DNA from: the human T2T-CHM13v2.0 reference genome, Homo sapiens
Strand: one strand, 5' to 3'
DNA: 64,000 nt
NCBI RefSeq assembly: GCF_009914755.1
Contig: NC_060935.1
Position numbers and translations under genes: made by a program. The stretch's first letter is position 1. The number at the start of each line of letters is the position of its first letter. A model generated the notes under the pieces. It was given only the letters and a program-made list of their open reading frames with translations. It did no database searches and had not been told where the DNA came from. Below are positions 63,824 through 64,000 of the stretch, piece after piece.

Positions 63824-63836
63824 TGGAATTTTTTTT
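63824..63836. other. Target-site duplication, right copy, at an L1 endonuclease consensus site
   Basis: Minus strand reads ATTT|AAAAAAAATTCCA (TT/AAAA). Confidence 0.85.
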
Positions 63837-64000
63837 AAATGAAATAAAATAAAGCCAAGATTAGTTATCTATATAATGTGCATGCTCTGGAGGTAAGCAG
63901 AATCATTTCCTTTTAAAGGTTTGCTAGCTGAATTTCCAAAACAAATGTGCATGCATATACTTTATACTGTATATACATATAACACATACAGTTGAACCTT

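Noticed and set aside
63593-63838. 81-aa ORF spanning the GC-rich segment
   Set aside because: It starts at TTG, crosses the L1/transduction/TSD junctions, and open frames are expected in GC-rich DNA.

Overview
This is AT-rich human genomic DNA (about half interspersed repeats by eye). I can support no host protein-coding exon, RNA gene or prokaryotic-type system. It holds many Alus, MaLR and ERV1 solo LTRs, a deleted HUERS-P-like provirus, DNA-transposon MITEs and a nested stack of old L1s (44.4-56.6 kb). A full-length human-specific L1HS Ta-0 element lies on the minus strand (57539-63606); ORF1 and ORF2 are disabled, but the antisense ORF0 is intact. The most notable observation is that this L1's 13-bp target-site duplication (TGGAATTTTTTTT at 57526-57538 and 63824-63836) also encloses about 217 bp of foreign sequence fused upstream of the L1 5' end. 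That segment is about 67% GC, CpG-rich and has no ATG. It looks like a rare 5' transduction of a cellular CpG-island first exon, probably spliced onto the donor L1's own target site. Repeat subfamily names are from memory of consensus sequences and should be confirmed with RepeatMasker/Dfam.
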